From Candidatus Latescibacterota bacterium (GTDB taxonomy: Bacteria > Latescibacterota > UBA2968 > GCA-2709665): a stretch of DNA of 64,000 nt. The notes beneath the pieces are model-generated. The model saw only the letters and a program-made list of their open reading frames with translations. It was not told the DNA's origin and did not search any database. Shown piece after piece: positions 38,826 to 49,185 of this stretch. Both the position numbers and the translations under genes were made by a program. The DNA lies in assembly GCA_965248435.1 (NCBI GenBank), contig OZ252100.1:2464001-2528000 (forward strand), in the 5' to 3' direction. Each line of letters begins with the position of its first letter. Position 1 is the first letter of the stretch.

Positions 38826-39806
38826 TCAATCCCTCACCGTGAGCACGACCTTCCCGATGTTCCGATTCTCTGCGAGCATTTGGTGGGCCGCTTCTGCCTC
38901 AGTGATGGGCAGTACAGTGTCGATGATCGGGATGATCTTGCCGTCGACCAGATCACCCCAGAACCGCTCGGCGAATCTCCTGGCGATCGTCGTCTTCTCA
39001 TCGAGCGACCGGCTGCGCAGTACAGATCCGATAATCCGCAGCCGCTTTCTCATCACCGTCCCCAGGTCGATTTCCGCCCGCGCTCCGGTCAGCAGGGAAA
39101 TCACCACCAGGCGACCTCCGGTCTTCAAGACCTCTATGTTGGAGGCCAGGTAGCCGCCCCCAGCGATGTCCAGGACGACATCTACGCCAACGTCGCAATG
39201 ATCCAGAATCGTCCTGACAAAATCCTTCTCCTTGTAGTTCACGCCGAATTCCGCGCCTAATGCCCTGCAGCGTTCCAGCTTGGCCTCGCTCCCGGCCGTA
39301 ACGAAGATTCGACACCCTGCCTCTCTCGCCAGCTGAATCGCCGCAGTGCCGACCCCGCTCGCCCCGCCGTGGATCAGCACCGTCTCTCCTTCATCCAAAC
39401 CTGCTTCCATGAACAGATTCACAAAAGCTGTGTAGAACACTTCCGGCACCGCGGCAGCATCGGTGATGCTCCACCCGTCTGGAATGCGCATCAGGATCGA
39501 AGCAGGGACGGCGACCTTTTCCGCATAACCTCCTCCTGGAAGCAATGCACAGACGCGGTCGCCGGTCTTCCAGCCAAGAATACCAGGATCCTTGTCAGTA
39601 ATCACCCCCGCCATCTCCAACCCCATGTATGGAGAGCCGCCCGGCGGCGGCGGATACAGCCCGGCCCGCTGGAGAAGGTCCGCACGGTTTACGGCGGTCG
39701 CGTGAACCTCCGCGAGAACCTCGTCCTCTTTGGGGACGGGATCCGGGACCTCCTGCCAGTTCAGAGCGCGCCCCTCGCTTTCGGTGTCGATCACGATCGC
39801 CTTCAA
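38826..39806 (-). CDS. NAD(P)H:quinone oxidoreductase (PIG3/MDR family)
   Basis: VNRADLLQR.G.YP, GLEMAG, IHGGASGVG and GKVVL motifs. Confidence 0.93.
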   Translation of the reverse strand: MKAIVIDTESEGRALNWQEVPDPVPKEDEVLAEVHATAVNRADLLQRAGLYPPPPGGSPYMGLEMAGVITDKDPGILGWKTGDRVCALLPGGGYAEKVAVPASILMRIPDGWSITDAAAVPEVFYTAFVNLFMEAGLDEGETVLIHGGASGVGTAAIQLAREAGCRIFVTAGSEAKLERCRALGAEFGVNYKEKDFVRTILDHCDVGVDVVLDIAGGGYLASNIEVLKTGGRLVVISLLTGARAEIDLGTVMRKRLRIIGSVLRSRSLDEKTTIARRFAERFWGDLVDGKIIPIIDTVLPITEAEAAHQMLAENRNIGKVVLTVRD

Positions 39807-40549
39807 GCTGTCGGGACCCCTCTGATTTTATCGTTGGACGGTGTGCAGAGCGTTTCGGAGGCCCAACCCAGCTCGACGAACAGGGCTTCGACCTCCTCCG
39901 GAACGGGACACTCTATATTGACAGGCTTTGAACTGTAGGGGTGCTCGAAGGCCAGGTCTGATGCGTGAAGCAAGAGCCGCCTGATACAGAACGTATCCCT
40001 GAAGAATCGATTCTGCTTCCCGTCGCCGTGCGTCGTATCCCCGATCACCGGGTGGGAAACGTGTGAGAAATGCCTGCGGATCTGATGGAACCGTCCCGTC
40101 AGCGGCATCGCCCTCACGAGCGAGAATCGCGCACTCGGATGAGGGCCCACAGGAAGCGGCAGCTCCACGGTCGCCTCTCTTTCATATTCCGTAATCGCAT
40201 CAGCGGGGTCCTTTTCCGGCGTTTCCCGAAGCGCGTGATGAATCCGGCCTCGCTCCGGGGTGTGACCCCGGACCACGGCAAGGTAGCCCTTCTGCACCAG
40301 ACGTCTCTCGAACAGCAGACACATCTTGTTGGCAGCTTCTGGATCGAGCGCGAAGGTCAGGATGCCCGACGTCGCCCGATCCAGGCGGTGAACCGGGTAG
40401 ACGCGCCTGCCGATCTGGTTGCGCAGCATCATCATGCACGTGGGTTGTCTGCGCGCAAGCCTTGTGGGGTGAACGAACAGACCGCTCGGCTTGTGGACCG
40501 CAATGTAATGATCGTCTCGGTAAATGATATCCAGCAGCGTTTGGCTCAT
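39803..40549 (-). CDS. truC: tRNA pseudouridine synthase (TruC/RluA family)
   Basis: KPSGL.VH, HRLDRATSG, TGRFHQIRRH and IGDTTHGDGKQN motifs. Confidence 0.85.
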   Translation of the reverse strand: MSQTLLDIIYRDDHYIAVHKPSGLFVHPTRLARRQPTCMMMLRNQIGRRVYPVHRLDRATSGILTFALDPEAANKMCLLFERRLVQKGYLAVVRGHTPERGRIHHALRETPEKDPADAITEYEREATVELPLPVGPHPSARFSLVRAMPLTGRFHQIRRHFSHVSHPVIGDTTHGDGKQNRFFRDTFCIRRLLLHASDLAFEHPYSSKPVNIECPVPEEVEALFVELGWASETLCTPSNDKIRGVPTA

Positions 40550-40653
40550 AGCGTAGTTTATCGTGATTGGTTGTTACTCACCCAAATCAATCAACCGGTC
40601 CGGTATTGTCATATGACGAACGACGATTCGCGAACCACGATGCTCGATTTTGC

Positions 40654-40772
40654 GGTACCCTGTTTTGCCTTCCCGGTACCCCGTGTCCTGCCTTCCCGGT
40701 ACCAGTGTCCTGCCTTCCCGGTACCCGTGTCCTGCCTTCCCGGTACCCCGTGTCCTGCCTTCCCGGTACCCG
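40654..40772 (+). repeat. Tandem array of about five 21-23 bp GGTACC units
   Basis: Consensus GGTACCCGTGTCCTGCCTTCCC, no spacers; ends 2 nt from the stop at 40775. Confidence 0.95.
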
Positions 40773-40774
40773 TT

Positions 40775-41482
40775 CTATTTGATGGCGACCAATTCCACCT
40801 CAAATACCAGCGTCGAGTTCGGCCCGATCGTCCCCCCTGGGCCTCGCGGCCCGTAGGCCAGGTCCGAAGGGATGTAGAGCTCCCACTTCCCCCCTACCTT
40901 CATCAACTGGAGGGCCTCGGTCCACCCGGCGATCACCTGGTTCACTCCAATATCCAGCGGCTTTCCACGCTTGTAGGAACTGTCGAACTCTGTGCCGTTG
41001 ATCAAACGCCCCCGGTAGTGCGCGCTCACGGTCTGGGTCGCCGTGGGGGACCCACCTGTACCGCGCTTGAGTACTTTGTACTGCAGGCCGCTCGGCAGAG
41101 TGACGACACCCTCTTTTGTCATATTCTCCTTTAGAAACGCTTCCCCCTCCTTGCGATTTCTCTCCGCGACTCCTGAAGCCGCTTCACCGCCCGCCGGTTT
41201 ATCCACGGCCTGGGACTCGGCCATCCGCTTCTGGAGCGCCATCAGGGCGTCGCTCATCTCAGATTCCGACATCAGGCGTTCCTCACCCTCGAAAACGTCC
41301 CTGAAACCGGTCGCGAAGGCCTTTGCATCCAGGTCCACATCCTGGCCTTTCAGCGTCTTTCCGATCGAAACGCCCATGCTGTAGCTCGCCTTCTCCTTGT
41401 CGGTCTTCAGTTCCATCTTGCCCTGCTCCGTCTGGCATCCCAAGAAACAAACCAGAAGCACCAAACCGGTCACGCGACTCAT
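40775..41482 (-). CDS. FKBP-type peptidyl-prolyl isomerase (FkpA/Mip-like lipoprotein)
   Basis: FLGC lipobox; KASYSMG, SGLQYKV, FDSSY and VIAGWTEAL motifs. Confidence 0.95.
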   Translation of the reverse strand: MSRVTGLVLLVCFLGCQTEQGKMELKTDKEKASYSMGVSIGKTLKGQDVDLDAKAFATGFRDVFEGEERLMSESEMSDALMALQKRMAESQAVDKPAGGEAASGVAERNRKEGEAFLKENMTKEGVVTLPSGLQYKVLKRGTGGSPTATQTVSAHYRGRLINGTEFDSSYKRGKPLDIGVNQVIAGWTEALQLMKVGGKWELYIPSDLAYGPRGPGGTIGPNSTLVFEVELVAIK

Positions 41483-41522
41483 GCCGACTCCTTATCGTGA
41501 GAAATGACCACCCCGAGCTCGT

Positions 41523-43058
41523 TCAGAGCTCGAAACGGGCCTCCACTTCCGCGAGGACAATCCTCGGGATATCCTCCTGCTTCTCCACAGGGTAGACGCA
41601 GATGTTCTTGGACGGATTCACGGCCTCCCTGAACCGTTCTGTCTCCTGGCTCCTGCCCACGTGAACCGCGGTCACGCGACATTGGGCCCCCTGAAGGTAG
41701 CTCGTCACCGCCTCCAGATTCGTAATCTGCATGTCCGTGATGATGAAAATGTCCGATCGTTCGCGTCTCAACAGATCGAAATCGGGAAGGTGAAGCGCCG
41801 TCCCCCCGCCGAAGTAGCGGCACAGGGCGCCGTAGACCTTCCTTCTGTCCCGGGTGAACGGCACCATCTCACGCCCCCCTGCGGGGGCGTCGCTGAAATT
41901 GTAGACCGCAACGCTCCGATCTCGATTCAGGTAGGCGTCCACCGCGCATCCCGCGCCCAGAACCGCATACGACAGCTCCTTGCACGGATTCGTCATGCTT
42001 CCGGACGAGTCGATCACGACGAGGCAGTCCGGGGTACCCTCATCCGTCCCGTGCGTCTCCCCCTGCTTGCGTTCCCAGACCTGTGAAATCCCGGGAAGCA
42101 CCTTTCCGAAGCTCGTCCAGACGTCGATGTCTTCCACTGGACGGCCCACCTCCCACGGCGAATGAGAATGGGGATGCAGTCCGCCCACCTTCTCCATCGG
42201 GAGTGTTCGGACCCGAAGGGCGTAGGACCCTGCCCGATTCATGTAGAACAGGACGTCCGCATCACTCGGAATCCCTTTTCCCCGCCCCATCCCACCCTCC
42301 GGCAGGTTTCCGGTGACCTCCAGCTCTTCACGGAAATCCTCTACCATCGCTCGAAAAGCGTAATACCCTCGCTCTGCGAATCGCTGGAGCCCCTGGTCGA
42401 CCTCTTCCGCGGAGTACTGCTGGGCGCCGTGGGATCCCATCATCCCGTCTCCATCCAGTCCGGTCCGATCCTCCTCTTCTTCGAGCAGCGGCGCCACGAC
42501 GTTTGAAAACGCCTTCAACGCCTCCCCCCAGCGCGCGCGATCCAGATACGGAATCCGCGAAAGTCGCGAAACCGCCTCCGGCTCGATCTCGACGCCGAGG
42601 TCGACGCCCCAGATCCGCTGATACAGAGCCCTGAGCACCTCCTCGACCCCGCCCCCGCGCACCTGTCGATACAGCTCCGGCAGCCTCGAGTCGCGTTCCT
42701 TCACGCAGTGTGTATCCACGACGACATCCGAAAAGTAATTCACCACCCGCTTGACTAGCTCGCCGTCCAGCAGCACCGGCTTCAGCTCAGCATAAAGCGC
42801 CAGGTGGGTATCGAAGTCCCAGGGACAATACGTATGGTGCGCCACTCCGTGGTCCAGCAGAGCCTCCACCACCTCCTCTGCCGGGAGTTCCGCTGCCAGT
42901 TCTTCCACGTGCGCGCGGCTGAGACCGAGCTGCTTTCCGACCATCTCGATGCGAACGGCCTCTTCATCGTCCGAAATCTGCGGCACGGGCAATTCAGGGA
43001 AGAGATGCCTCTCTCTGACCTTCGGCCAGACGTTTTCTATGATCTGTTTCAGATCCAT
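41523..43058 (-). CDS. vWA domain protein
   Basis: VVIDSSGSM MIDAS, NFS, GGT and ITD motifs; ATG at 43058. Confidence 0.85.
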   Translation of the reverse strand: MDLKQIIENVWPKVRERHLFPELPVPQISDDEEAVRIEMVGKQLGLSRAHVEELAAELPAEEVVEALLDHGVAHHTYCPWDFDTHLALYAELKPVLLDGELVKRVVNYFSDVVVDTHCVKERDSRLPELYRQVRGGGVEEVLRALYQRIWGVDLGVEIEPEAVSRLSRIPYLDRARWGEALKAFSNVVAPLLEEEEDRTGLDGDGMMGSHGAQQYSAEEVDQGLQRFAERGYYAFRAMVEDFREELEVTGNLPEGGMGRGKGIPSDADVLFYMNRAGSYALRVRTLPMEKVGGLHPHSHSPWEVGRPVEDIDVWTSFGKVLPGISQVWERKQGETHGTDEGTPDCLVVIDSSGSMTNPCKELSYAVLGAGCAVDAYLNRDRSVAVYNFSDAPAGGREMVPFTRDRRKVYGALCRYFGGGTALHLPDFDLLRRERSDIFIITDMQITNLEAVTSYLQGAQCRVTAVHVGRSQETERFREAVNPSKNICVYPVEKQEDIPRIVLAEVEARFEL

Positions 43059-43059
43059 C

Positions 43060-43770
43060 TCAGCTTCCCGTTTCTGCGGACGTGCCGGACGCCTCCGAAG
43101 GATAGACCCTCCGGCTCCGGTGGTAGATCTCCCCGCCGAGCGGCTTCCCCATCCCGCCGATCTTTCCGAACAGGTGGATCTCGCCACCGATCATCTGCTC
43201 TCCGATGAAGCGACCCGCTTCCCCCTTTATGTCCGTCCGTCCTTTCGTCATACCGGCTCCAAGATAGCGACCGACATTGCCACGGACTTCGAGATGACCC
43301 CCATCCAGCGAAATCCCGACCAGGTCACCCAGGTCGCCCTCCACTGTCAGGCTGAGTCCCGTCCTCAATCGATAGCCAAGAAGCGGAATGCGTGTGCCGC
43401 GCGTCCCGAGGTTCATCCGGATTTCGGTCGACGTGCAGGCGTTGCACAGGGCGGACAGATACAGCCCCAGGGGACCCATCAGAAAAAACCCCGGGTCACT
43501 GCTCTGCGTCGCGTGGAGACAGAAGGCCTCGATATCCAGGGCCTCGAACTCTATCTCCGCAACGATTCCTTCAGCGTGTTCATATACCCGGACGATCGAA
43601 TCCGCGTCCGGCTGCCAGGCACCCTCATCCGCTTCGTCGGAAACGAGCAGTTTATATCCGTCCTCCAGCCGGGACATCACCGAGGCGTGAGCCTCCAGAA
43701 TCTGATCCAGGGGGATCTTCCGCTCTGGCGGGGCCGCGTAATCGCGAAACTCTTCGAAGGGGTTGTTCAT
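43060..43770 (-). CDS. GXGXG-motif (FwdC/GltB C-terminal-like beta-helix) protein
   Basis: Repeats V.GD.G..VG...GG, GNVGRYLGAGM..G and GEAGRFIGEQM.GGEI. Confidence 0.75.
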   Translation of the reverse strand: MNNPFEEFRDYAAPPERKIPLDQILEAHASVMSRLEDGYKLLVSDEADEGAWQPDADSIVRVYEHAEGIVAEIEFEALDIEAFCLHATQSSDPGFFLMGPLGLYLSALCNACTSTEIRMNLGTRGTRIPLLGYRLRTGLSLTVEGDLGDLVGISLDGGHLEVRGNVGRYLGAGMTKGRTDIKGEAGRFIGEQMIGGEIHLFGKIGGMGKPLGGEIYHRSRRVYPSEASGTSAETGS

Positions 43771-43879
43771 CTCACCTTAGGTAAAAATCGTGATCTACGG
43801 ACCACGGACCGCTCAAGCCCAAAACATCACACTATTCATCCCGCGGTCTGCCGTCTGTGGTCTGCGGTCCGATATGGCT

Positions 43880-45226
43880 TCACTTTGCTTCACCCATCGG
43901 GACCGGCGGCTCCATCCCCAGGTCCCGCATGATCTGGGCGTAGATGGGATGATCTCCCTCCACCGCCTTCTCCTCCGCGCCATCGAAGATCCTGCAGGCC
44001 GTCGCGAGTGCGCCCTTGATCCGATCGCCCTGTTCACTGTAACGTCGGAACACCTCTCGTACAGCCTCGCGGGTGCGGTGAATCGGAAGGATGTCCTGCC
44101 GCCTGCCATCGACGCCGTTATGATCATCCCGCCACTGGACCCGATGAGCGGAAGCGTAGGGGAGGACGGCACGCAGGTGCTCCACGTCTACGGTGGCACT
44201 TCCTGAGAGCCAGGCCAAAGCTTGTGCATATCGACGGACAGACATCGGGAGACGATTCGACGGACAGTTCGTAACCGCGTAACAGAGATACCCCGTGTAA
44301 TGGCATCCCTCTCCGCAGACTTCGTTCGACCGCTTCTGGCCGTACTTGCAGCAGAAGGACAGCTCTGCCAGATAGGTTCGCATAAACCCGCTGGCATCCT
44401 CGTCAAAATCTAATCCCGCTACCTCCGCACGAGCGGCATCCCGCTCGGCCCGACCGAGGGTCGGCACGCCAAGTCGTCGTTCCAGGGCGGCACCGTATCC
44501 ATCGCAGACCGAATCCAGCCCTTCAAGGCCGTTCGGCTTCTTCAAGCAGTCTCGCAGCGCGGTCTCGTGTTCCTCGTCCCGCAGCAGGTGATACGGAGGG
44601 TCTTCCTTACCGATCATCCACGACAGGTTGGGACCGGGGTGCTTCGATTCCACCATCACGTCGAACCGATCCAGAAGGGGCGGCACGATCGTATTCGTCC
44701 CTCGATCCTGATAATTGCACGTCGCGAAAAGGGAGAACTCCCGATTGATCACCGCCTGGTTCAAGTAGGTCCAGTTTCCACGGTCCACGCCGTCCAGAAT
44801 CATGCTCTGTTTCGTCTCCGGAAGGCGGTTGATCTCGTCCACCACCTTCACCGGAAGCAGGGCGAATCCGGACCAGACGACCTCCTCGATCCCCTTGTTG
44901 AGCTGCCCCAGGTCGGGACGTCCCACGATCTTTTCCTCGGTCTGTTCGGGGTGTCCCGAGACCTCCGCCTCCCAGATCGTCCCCAGGGGAAGCCGGTAAA
45001 GCAGCGCGCCGATATACTCGGCGGATGTCGTCTTTCCGAGTCCGGGCTCCCCGACGATCAGCTCCTTGCCGCCGACCAGTCCCGTCAGCAGGCCGAACAG
45101 GACGGCCGCGTTCTGCTGCTCCCCTTTGACCTCCAGATCAGGCCGATTGAAGTAGAGCCGGTCCTGAATGAACGCCAGAATGTCCTTCAGCTTTCCTCTG
45201 AGTGCATCAGAATTCATTCGTGCCAC
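43880..45226 (-). CDS. MoxR-like AAA+ ATPase
   Basis: Walker A GEPGLGKT, Walker B VVDEINR, LLDRFD; Cys-rich insert near the C-terminus. Confidence 0.88.
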   Translation of the reverse strand: MARMNSDALRGKLKDILAFIQDRLYFNRPDLEVKGEQQNAAVLFGLLTGLVGGKELIVGEPGLGKTTSAEYIGALLYRLPLGTIWEAEVSGHPEQTEEKIVGRPDLGQLNKGIEEVVWSGFALLPVKVVDEINRLPETKQSMILDGVDRGNWTYLNQAVINREFSLFATCNYQDRGTNTIVPPLLDRFDVMVESKHPGPNLSWMIGKEDPPYHLLRDEEHETALRDCLKKPNGLEGLDSVCDGYGAALERRLGVPTLGRAERDAARAEVAGLDFDEDASGFMRTYLAELSFCCKYGQKRSNEVCGEGCHYTGYLCYAVTNCPSNRLPMSVRRYAQALAWLSGSATVDVEHLRAVLPYASAHRVQWRDDHNGVDGRRQDILPIHRTREAVREVFRRYSEQGDRIKGALATACRIFDGAEEKAVEGDHPIYAQIMRDLGMEPPVPMGEAK

Positions 45227-45283
45227 CCGTTTTCATGCTGAGAAACGGAAAATAAAATATCCAATGTCCAATGGGAGAGAGCT

Positions 45284-45423
45284 TGCCCCGGTATGCCTAA
45301 AGCCGGGGTGCTTTAAGCGGGGGATGCCGAGCCCCTCGACAGGCTCAGGGTAAACTCCGCGAGGCAGGATGAGGGCCCGTGTTTTGCCTTCCCGGTACCC
45401 GTTCTTTGCTTTCCCGGTACCCG
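45284..45423 (+). repeat. Mixed repeat cluster (CCCCGG hairpin, CTCGACAGGCTCAGG, two GGTACC units)
   Basis: GCCCCGGTATGCCTAAAGCCGGGG resembles the inverse of 61644-61667; GGTACC units end 4 nt from the stop at 45428. Confidence 0.7.
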
Positions 45424-45427
45424 CTCT

Positions 45428-46228
45428 TTAAGGGCGATCCTCTGCCCGATCCTGCGGAACGTATCCCACTACCTCTCTGGCGTGTTCGATGTCCACCCAG
45501 ATGTACTGATTATTCGATATCCCATAAAAGATGTCGAACCTGAGCGCATCAGGCGCATCCACGCAGCGCTCGGCGAGCTGCACCACGTCCCGCTGGCTGG
45601 ACCAGACCGGGGCGAGCGCCAGACTGACGGGCCGGTCCGGGGCGTTGACGGCTCCGATCCGAAGGCAGATGCATGAAAGCCCGTGCACGTCCGAGTAGAT
45701 CCTGGCCAGTGCTTCACCCCACACCTTGCTCGCCGAGTAGGGCTCCGTCGGCCGCGGCGGATCCAGGTGCGTCACCTTTGGAATCTCAGCAGGAACGTCA
45801 TCAAATCGACCCTCTTTGATTGCCTTGTAAGGCTCATCGAACTGGTAGCCCCACGAAGCCATAATCGAGCTGGCGAAGACGATCCGCTTCACGCCCGCCA
45901 CCCTGCTCGCTTCGAACACGTTGTAGGCACCGATCATGTTGCTGGACAGAATCTGCTCCCAGCTCGCCTGGGGCCGCGGATCCGCCGCCATCTGCACGAC
46001 CACATCCATCCCCTCTACGGATCGCCTCACGGCGTCAAAATCTGAGAGGTCGGCCAGAAAGAACCGGTCATCCGGGATGTCCAGGACCAGGTCCTGGGAG
46101 ACGCGCTCCGAAGGCACTCGCCTTCGGGCAAGGGCATAGACCTCATACCGATCCGTCAGCTGGACTAATCGTTGATAGATGGCCGCGGCAATCAGTCCGT
46201 ATACGCCAGTAATAAGAACCTTCTGCAT
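45428..46228 (-). CDS. NAD-dependent epimerase/dehydratase (uronate dehydrogenase-like)
   Basis: VLITGVYGLI, VFASS, YSASK and CLRIG motifs. Confidence 0.85.
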   Translation of the reverse strand: MQKVLITGVYGLIAAAIYQRLVQLTDRYEVYALARRRVPSERVSQDLVLDIPDDRFFLADLSDFDAVRRSVEGMDVVVQMAADPRPQASWEQILSSNMIGAYNVFEASRVAGVKRIVFASSIMASWGYQFDEPYKAIKEGRFDDVPAEIPKVTHLDPPRPTEPYSASKVWGEALARIYSDVHGLSCICLRIGAVNAPDRPVSLALAPVWSSQRDVVQLAERCVDAPDALRFDIFYGISNNQYIWVDIEHAREVVGYVPQDRAEDRP

Positions 46229-46346
46229 AGAACAATCCTTTAGGTAGGGACGGTGATTTTCCATCCATGCCAGCCAAAATCTCAACCATAATTGGGATAA
46301 ATTCCGTCCATGTCAAACGGATTCCTCTAAAGGTCGATGAATTTCG

Positions 46347-46374
46347 TTGACAGGTTTTTCGGCCTGTCTATATT
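46347..46374 (+). promoter_or_regulatory. Sigma70 promoter upstream of the UMP kinase gene
   Basis: TTGACA-16 nt-TATATT. Confidence 0.55.
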
Positions 46375-46420
46375 AGGCCAAGATGGCTGCCCAAACCTAC
46401 CTTAACGGAACTGCTGCGGA

Positions 46421-47155
46421 ATGAGATACAAGCGCATCTTGCTCAAGCTGAGCGGCGGGGCGATCGCAGGCGAACGGGGATTCGGATTTGATTCGACCTC
46501 GCTGGACTACATCGCCGACGAGATCCTCAGCGTTCACGAACTCGGGGTACAGATTCCGAGTGTGATCGGGGGTGGGAACATCTTCAGAGGGGAGCAGGGC
46601 GCCCAGTGGGGCATCGAGCACTCCGAAGCGGACAACATAGGAATGATGGCCACGGTCATCAACAGCCTGATGCTACGCGGCGTTCTAACTGCGAGAGGGA
46701 AACACGAAGTCCGGGTGATGACGGCGATCCCGATCAACACCGTTGCCGAGCCCTATATCCGGCTTCGCGCCATCCACAACATCGAGAAGGACTACCTGAT
46801 CCTGCTCGCCGGAGGCATCGGTAACCCCTACGTCACAACCGACTACACCGGGGTTCAGAGGGCGTTGGAGCTTCGAGCAGACGCCATCTTCTTTGCCAAG
46901 CATCAGACCGACGGGGTCTATACAGACGATCCGAACGAAAACCCGAAGGCCAAGCGTTACCGAAGGGTCAAGGCGGCCACCGTCATCCAGAAAAACCTGG
47001 GGGCGCTCGACCAGTCGGCCGTCCTCCTGGCCCGGGACAATGACCTCCCCATTCACGTCTTCGATTTCGACCAGGAGGGATCTATGCGCCGAATCCTGGA
47101 AGGCGAGGACGTCGGCACCCTGATTTCCCAGGTGTCCGAAGACGAAATCGAGTAG
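46421..47155 (+). CDS. pyrH: UMP kinase
   Basis: YKRILLKLSG, GGGNIFRG, GMMATVIN, NPYVTTD and DGVYTDDP motifs. Confidence 0.88.
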   Translation: MRYKRILLKLSGGAIAGERGFGFDSTSLDYIADEILSVHELGVQIPSVIGGGNIFRGEQGAQWGIEHSEADNIGMMATVINSLMLRGVLTARGKHEVRVMTAIPINTVAEPYIRLRAIHNIEKDYLILLAGGIGNPYVTTDYTGVQRALELRADAIFFAKHQTDGVYTDDPNENPKAKRYRRVKAATVIQKNLGALDQSAVLLARDNDLPIHVFDFDQEGSMRRILEGEDVGTLISQVSEDEIE

Positions 47156-47277
47156 CAGACTCACATCCGCTTTACAGGTCGAGCAGCAAAGAGGCCCGTT
47201 CGTTCTCCTCCGATTGATCTGATCCGTCCGAACACCACAACCCGTCAATCGAACAAGCAGGAAGGAGAGGCGCCCCG

Positions 47278-48564
47278 ATGAAGATCCTCGTCGTGGGGAG
47301 TGGGGGTCGCGAACACGCCATCGCCTGGAAGATCGCGCAGAGTCCGCGCGTGACCCAGCTCTTTGCCGCGCCAGGAAATCCCGGCATGGCCCGCCAGGCC
47401 GAGTGCCTCGATATCGGAGTCGATCAACTGGATGATCTCATCTCGTTCGCCGAAGCGAAAGAGATCGACCTGACCGTCGTCGGTCCCGAAGCGCCTCTTG
47501 CGGCCGGCATCGTCGACCGCTTCAAAGAAAAAGGCCTGCCGATCTTCGGCCCCACTCAGGCCGCAGCTCAGATCGAATCCGACAAGGATTTCGCACTCGG
47601 CCTGATGCATCGACACAACATTCCCACGGGTCGTTTCGAAACCCATACAGACGCAGAATCGGCGCTGCACTGCCTCCGGGATTGGGGCGCCCCGGTGGTG
47701 CTCAAGGCCAATGGGCTCGCAGCGGGAAAAGGGGCCATCGTCTGTCAGACACTGGAAGAAGCGGAACACGCCGTCGATCAAGTGATGGTCCAGTCTACCC
47801 TGGGGTCGGCCGGGGACAAACTCGTAGTAATGGAATATCTGGAAGGGGAAGAGGCTTCGATCTTCGGGTTCACGGATGGAAGCGACCTCGTCTGCCTTCT
47901 ACCGTCACAGGACCACAAGCCAATCGGGGAAGGGGATACCGGGCCCAACACAGGAGGAATGGGCGCCTACGCGCCCGCTCCCGTCGTCACCCCCGATTTG
48001 GAACGTGAGATCATCGAACGAATTATGCAGCCCACCGTCCGCGCCCTGGCGCAGGAAGGCCGGCCCTACACAGGCATCCTCTACGGCGGTATCATTTTCA
48101 CCGCAGAAGGCCCCAAAGTCATCGAGTTCAACTGCCGGCTCGGAGATCCAGAGGCCCAGGTCGTCCTCCCCCTCCTCAAAACCGACCTCGTCGAGCTTTT
48201 GCTGGCGGTGAACGAAGGCAGACTCAAAGACCTCACCGTCGAGATCGAGGATCGAGCGGCAGCCTGCGTCGCGGCCGCCTCGGGCGGATATCCCGGGAGC
48301 TACGAAACCGGTCTCCCGATTTCTGGCATCGGGGAGGCCGAGGCCCTCGGTGACGTCGTCCTGTTCCACGCAGGCACCCGTCTCGAGAACAATCAACTCC
48401 TCACTTCCGGCGGGCGCGTGCTTGGCGTCACCGCTATCGGTGACGACATCCCCGCGGCGCTTCAAAAGGCCTACGACGCGGTCCAGAAGATCGAATTCAA
48501 AGACATCTACTACCGTAAAGACATCGGCTACCGGGCGCTCGGACACATCGAGGCGAACGCCTGA
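47278..48564 (+). CDS. purD: Phosphoribosylamine-glycine ligase
   Basis: [27 protein letters not shown] and [10 protein letters not shown] motifs. Confidence 0.97.
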   Translation: MKILVVGSGGREHAIAWKIAQSPRVTQLFAAPGNPGMARQAECLDIGVDQLDDLISFAEAKEIDLTVVGPEAPLAAGIVDRFKEKGLPIFGPTQAAAQIESDKDFALGLMHRHNIPTGRFETHTDAESALHCLRDWGAPVVLKANGLAAGKGAIVCQTLEEAEHAVDQVMVQSTLGSAGDKLVVMEYLEGEEASIFGFTDGSDLVCLLPSQDHKPIGEGDTGPNTGGMGAYAPAPVVTPDLEREIIERIMQPTVRALAQEGRPYTGILYGGIIFTAEGPKVIEFNCRLGDPEAQVVLPLLKTDLVELLLAVNEGRLKDLTVEIEDRAAACVAAASGGYPGSYETGLPISGIGEAEALGDVVLFHAGTRLENNQLLTSGGRVLGVTAIGDDIPAALQKAYDAVQKIEFKDIYYRKDIGYRALGHIEANA

Positions 48565-48584
48565 CCGAATCGGAGGTTGACCTT

Positions 48585-49043
48585 ATGGCCAGTCCACTCG
48601 TCGGTATCATCATGGGCAGTAAATCGGACGAACCCGTCATGCAAAAGGCCGCCGCGATCCTGGACGAGCTCGAAATTCCTTATGAAATGACCGTCTCCTC
48701 CGCCCATCGGAAACCCGGTCCGACCGCCGACTACGCCAGCACCGCGGCCGAGCGGGGTCTGAAGGTCATCATCGCCGGCGCGGGTCTCTCCGCCGCCCTG
48801 CCGGGTGTCCAGGCGGCACACACCACGCTTCCCGTCATCGGCGTCCCCATCGCCTCGGGGGCACTCAACGGCGTGGACGCCCTCTATTCGATCGTCCAGA
48901 TGCCACCCGGCGTACCCGTCGCCTCTGTCGGCATCGACAACGCGCGCAACGCCGCAGTCCTAGCAGCACAGATCCTCGCCCTCAGCGACGAAGGCATTCG
49001 CAAGAATCTCGAGGCCTACAAAAAGGGGCTAGCCGAAGGCTAG
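48585..49043 (+). CDS. purE: N5-CAIR mutase
   Basis: [19 protein letters not shown] and [12 protein letters not shown] motifs. Confidence 0.97.
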   Translation: MASPLVGIIMGSKSDEPVMQKAAAILDELEIPYEMTVSSAHRKPGPTADYASTAAERGLKVIIAGAGLSAALPGVQAAHTTLPVIGVPIASGALNGVDALYSIVQMPPGVPVASVGIDNARNAAVLAAQILALSDEGIRKNLEAYKKGLAEG

Positions 49044-49185
49044 CCCCCACGTCACTCCTTCACGCTCCCGATGCCTACCGGCTAATCCTCTTTCTCCTGA
49101 CGTAAACCCCTGCTTCACGTTTTGCAGTCCCTGCCTTCGCAAAGGTTACAATCAAGAAGCTTCCTTTCCGCTTCCTATTCTTCGC

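Noticed and set aside
40654-40772. Possible CRISPR array
   Set aside because: The units are contiguous with no unique spacers, and there are no cas genes in the window
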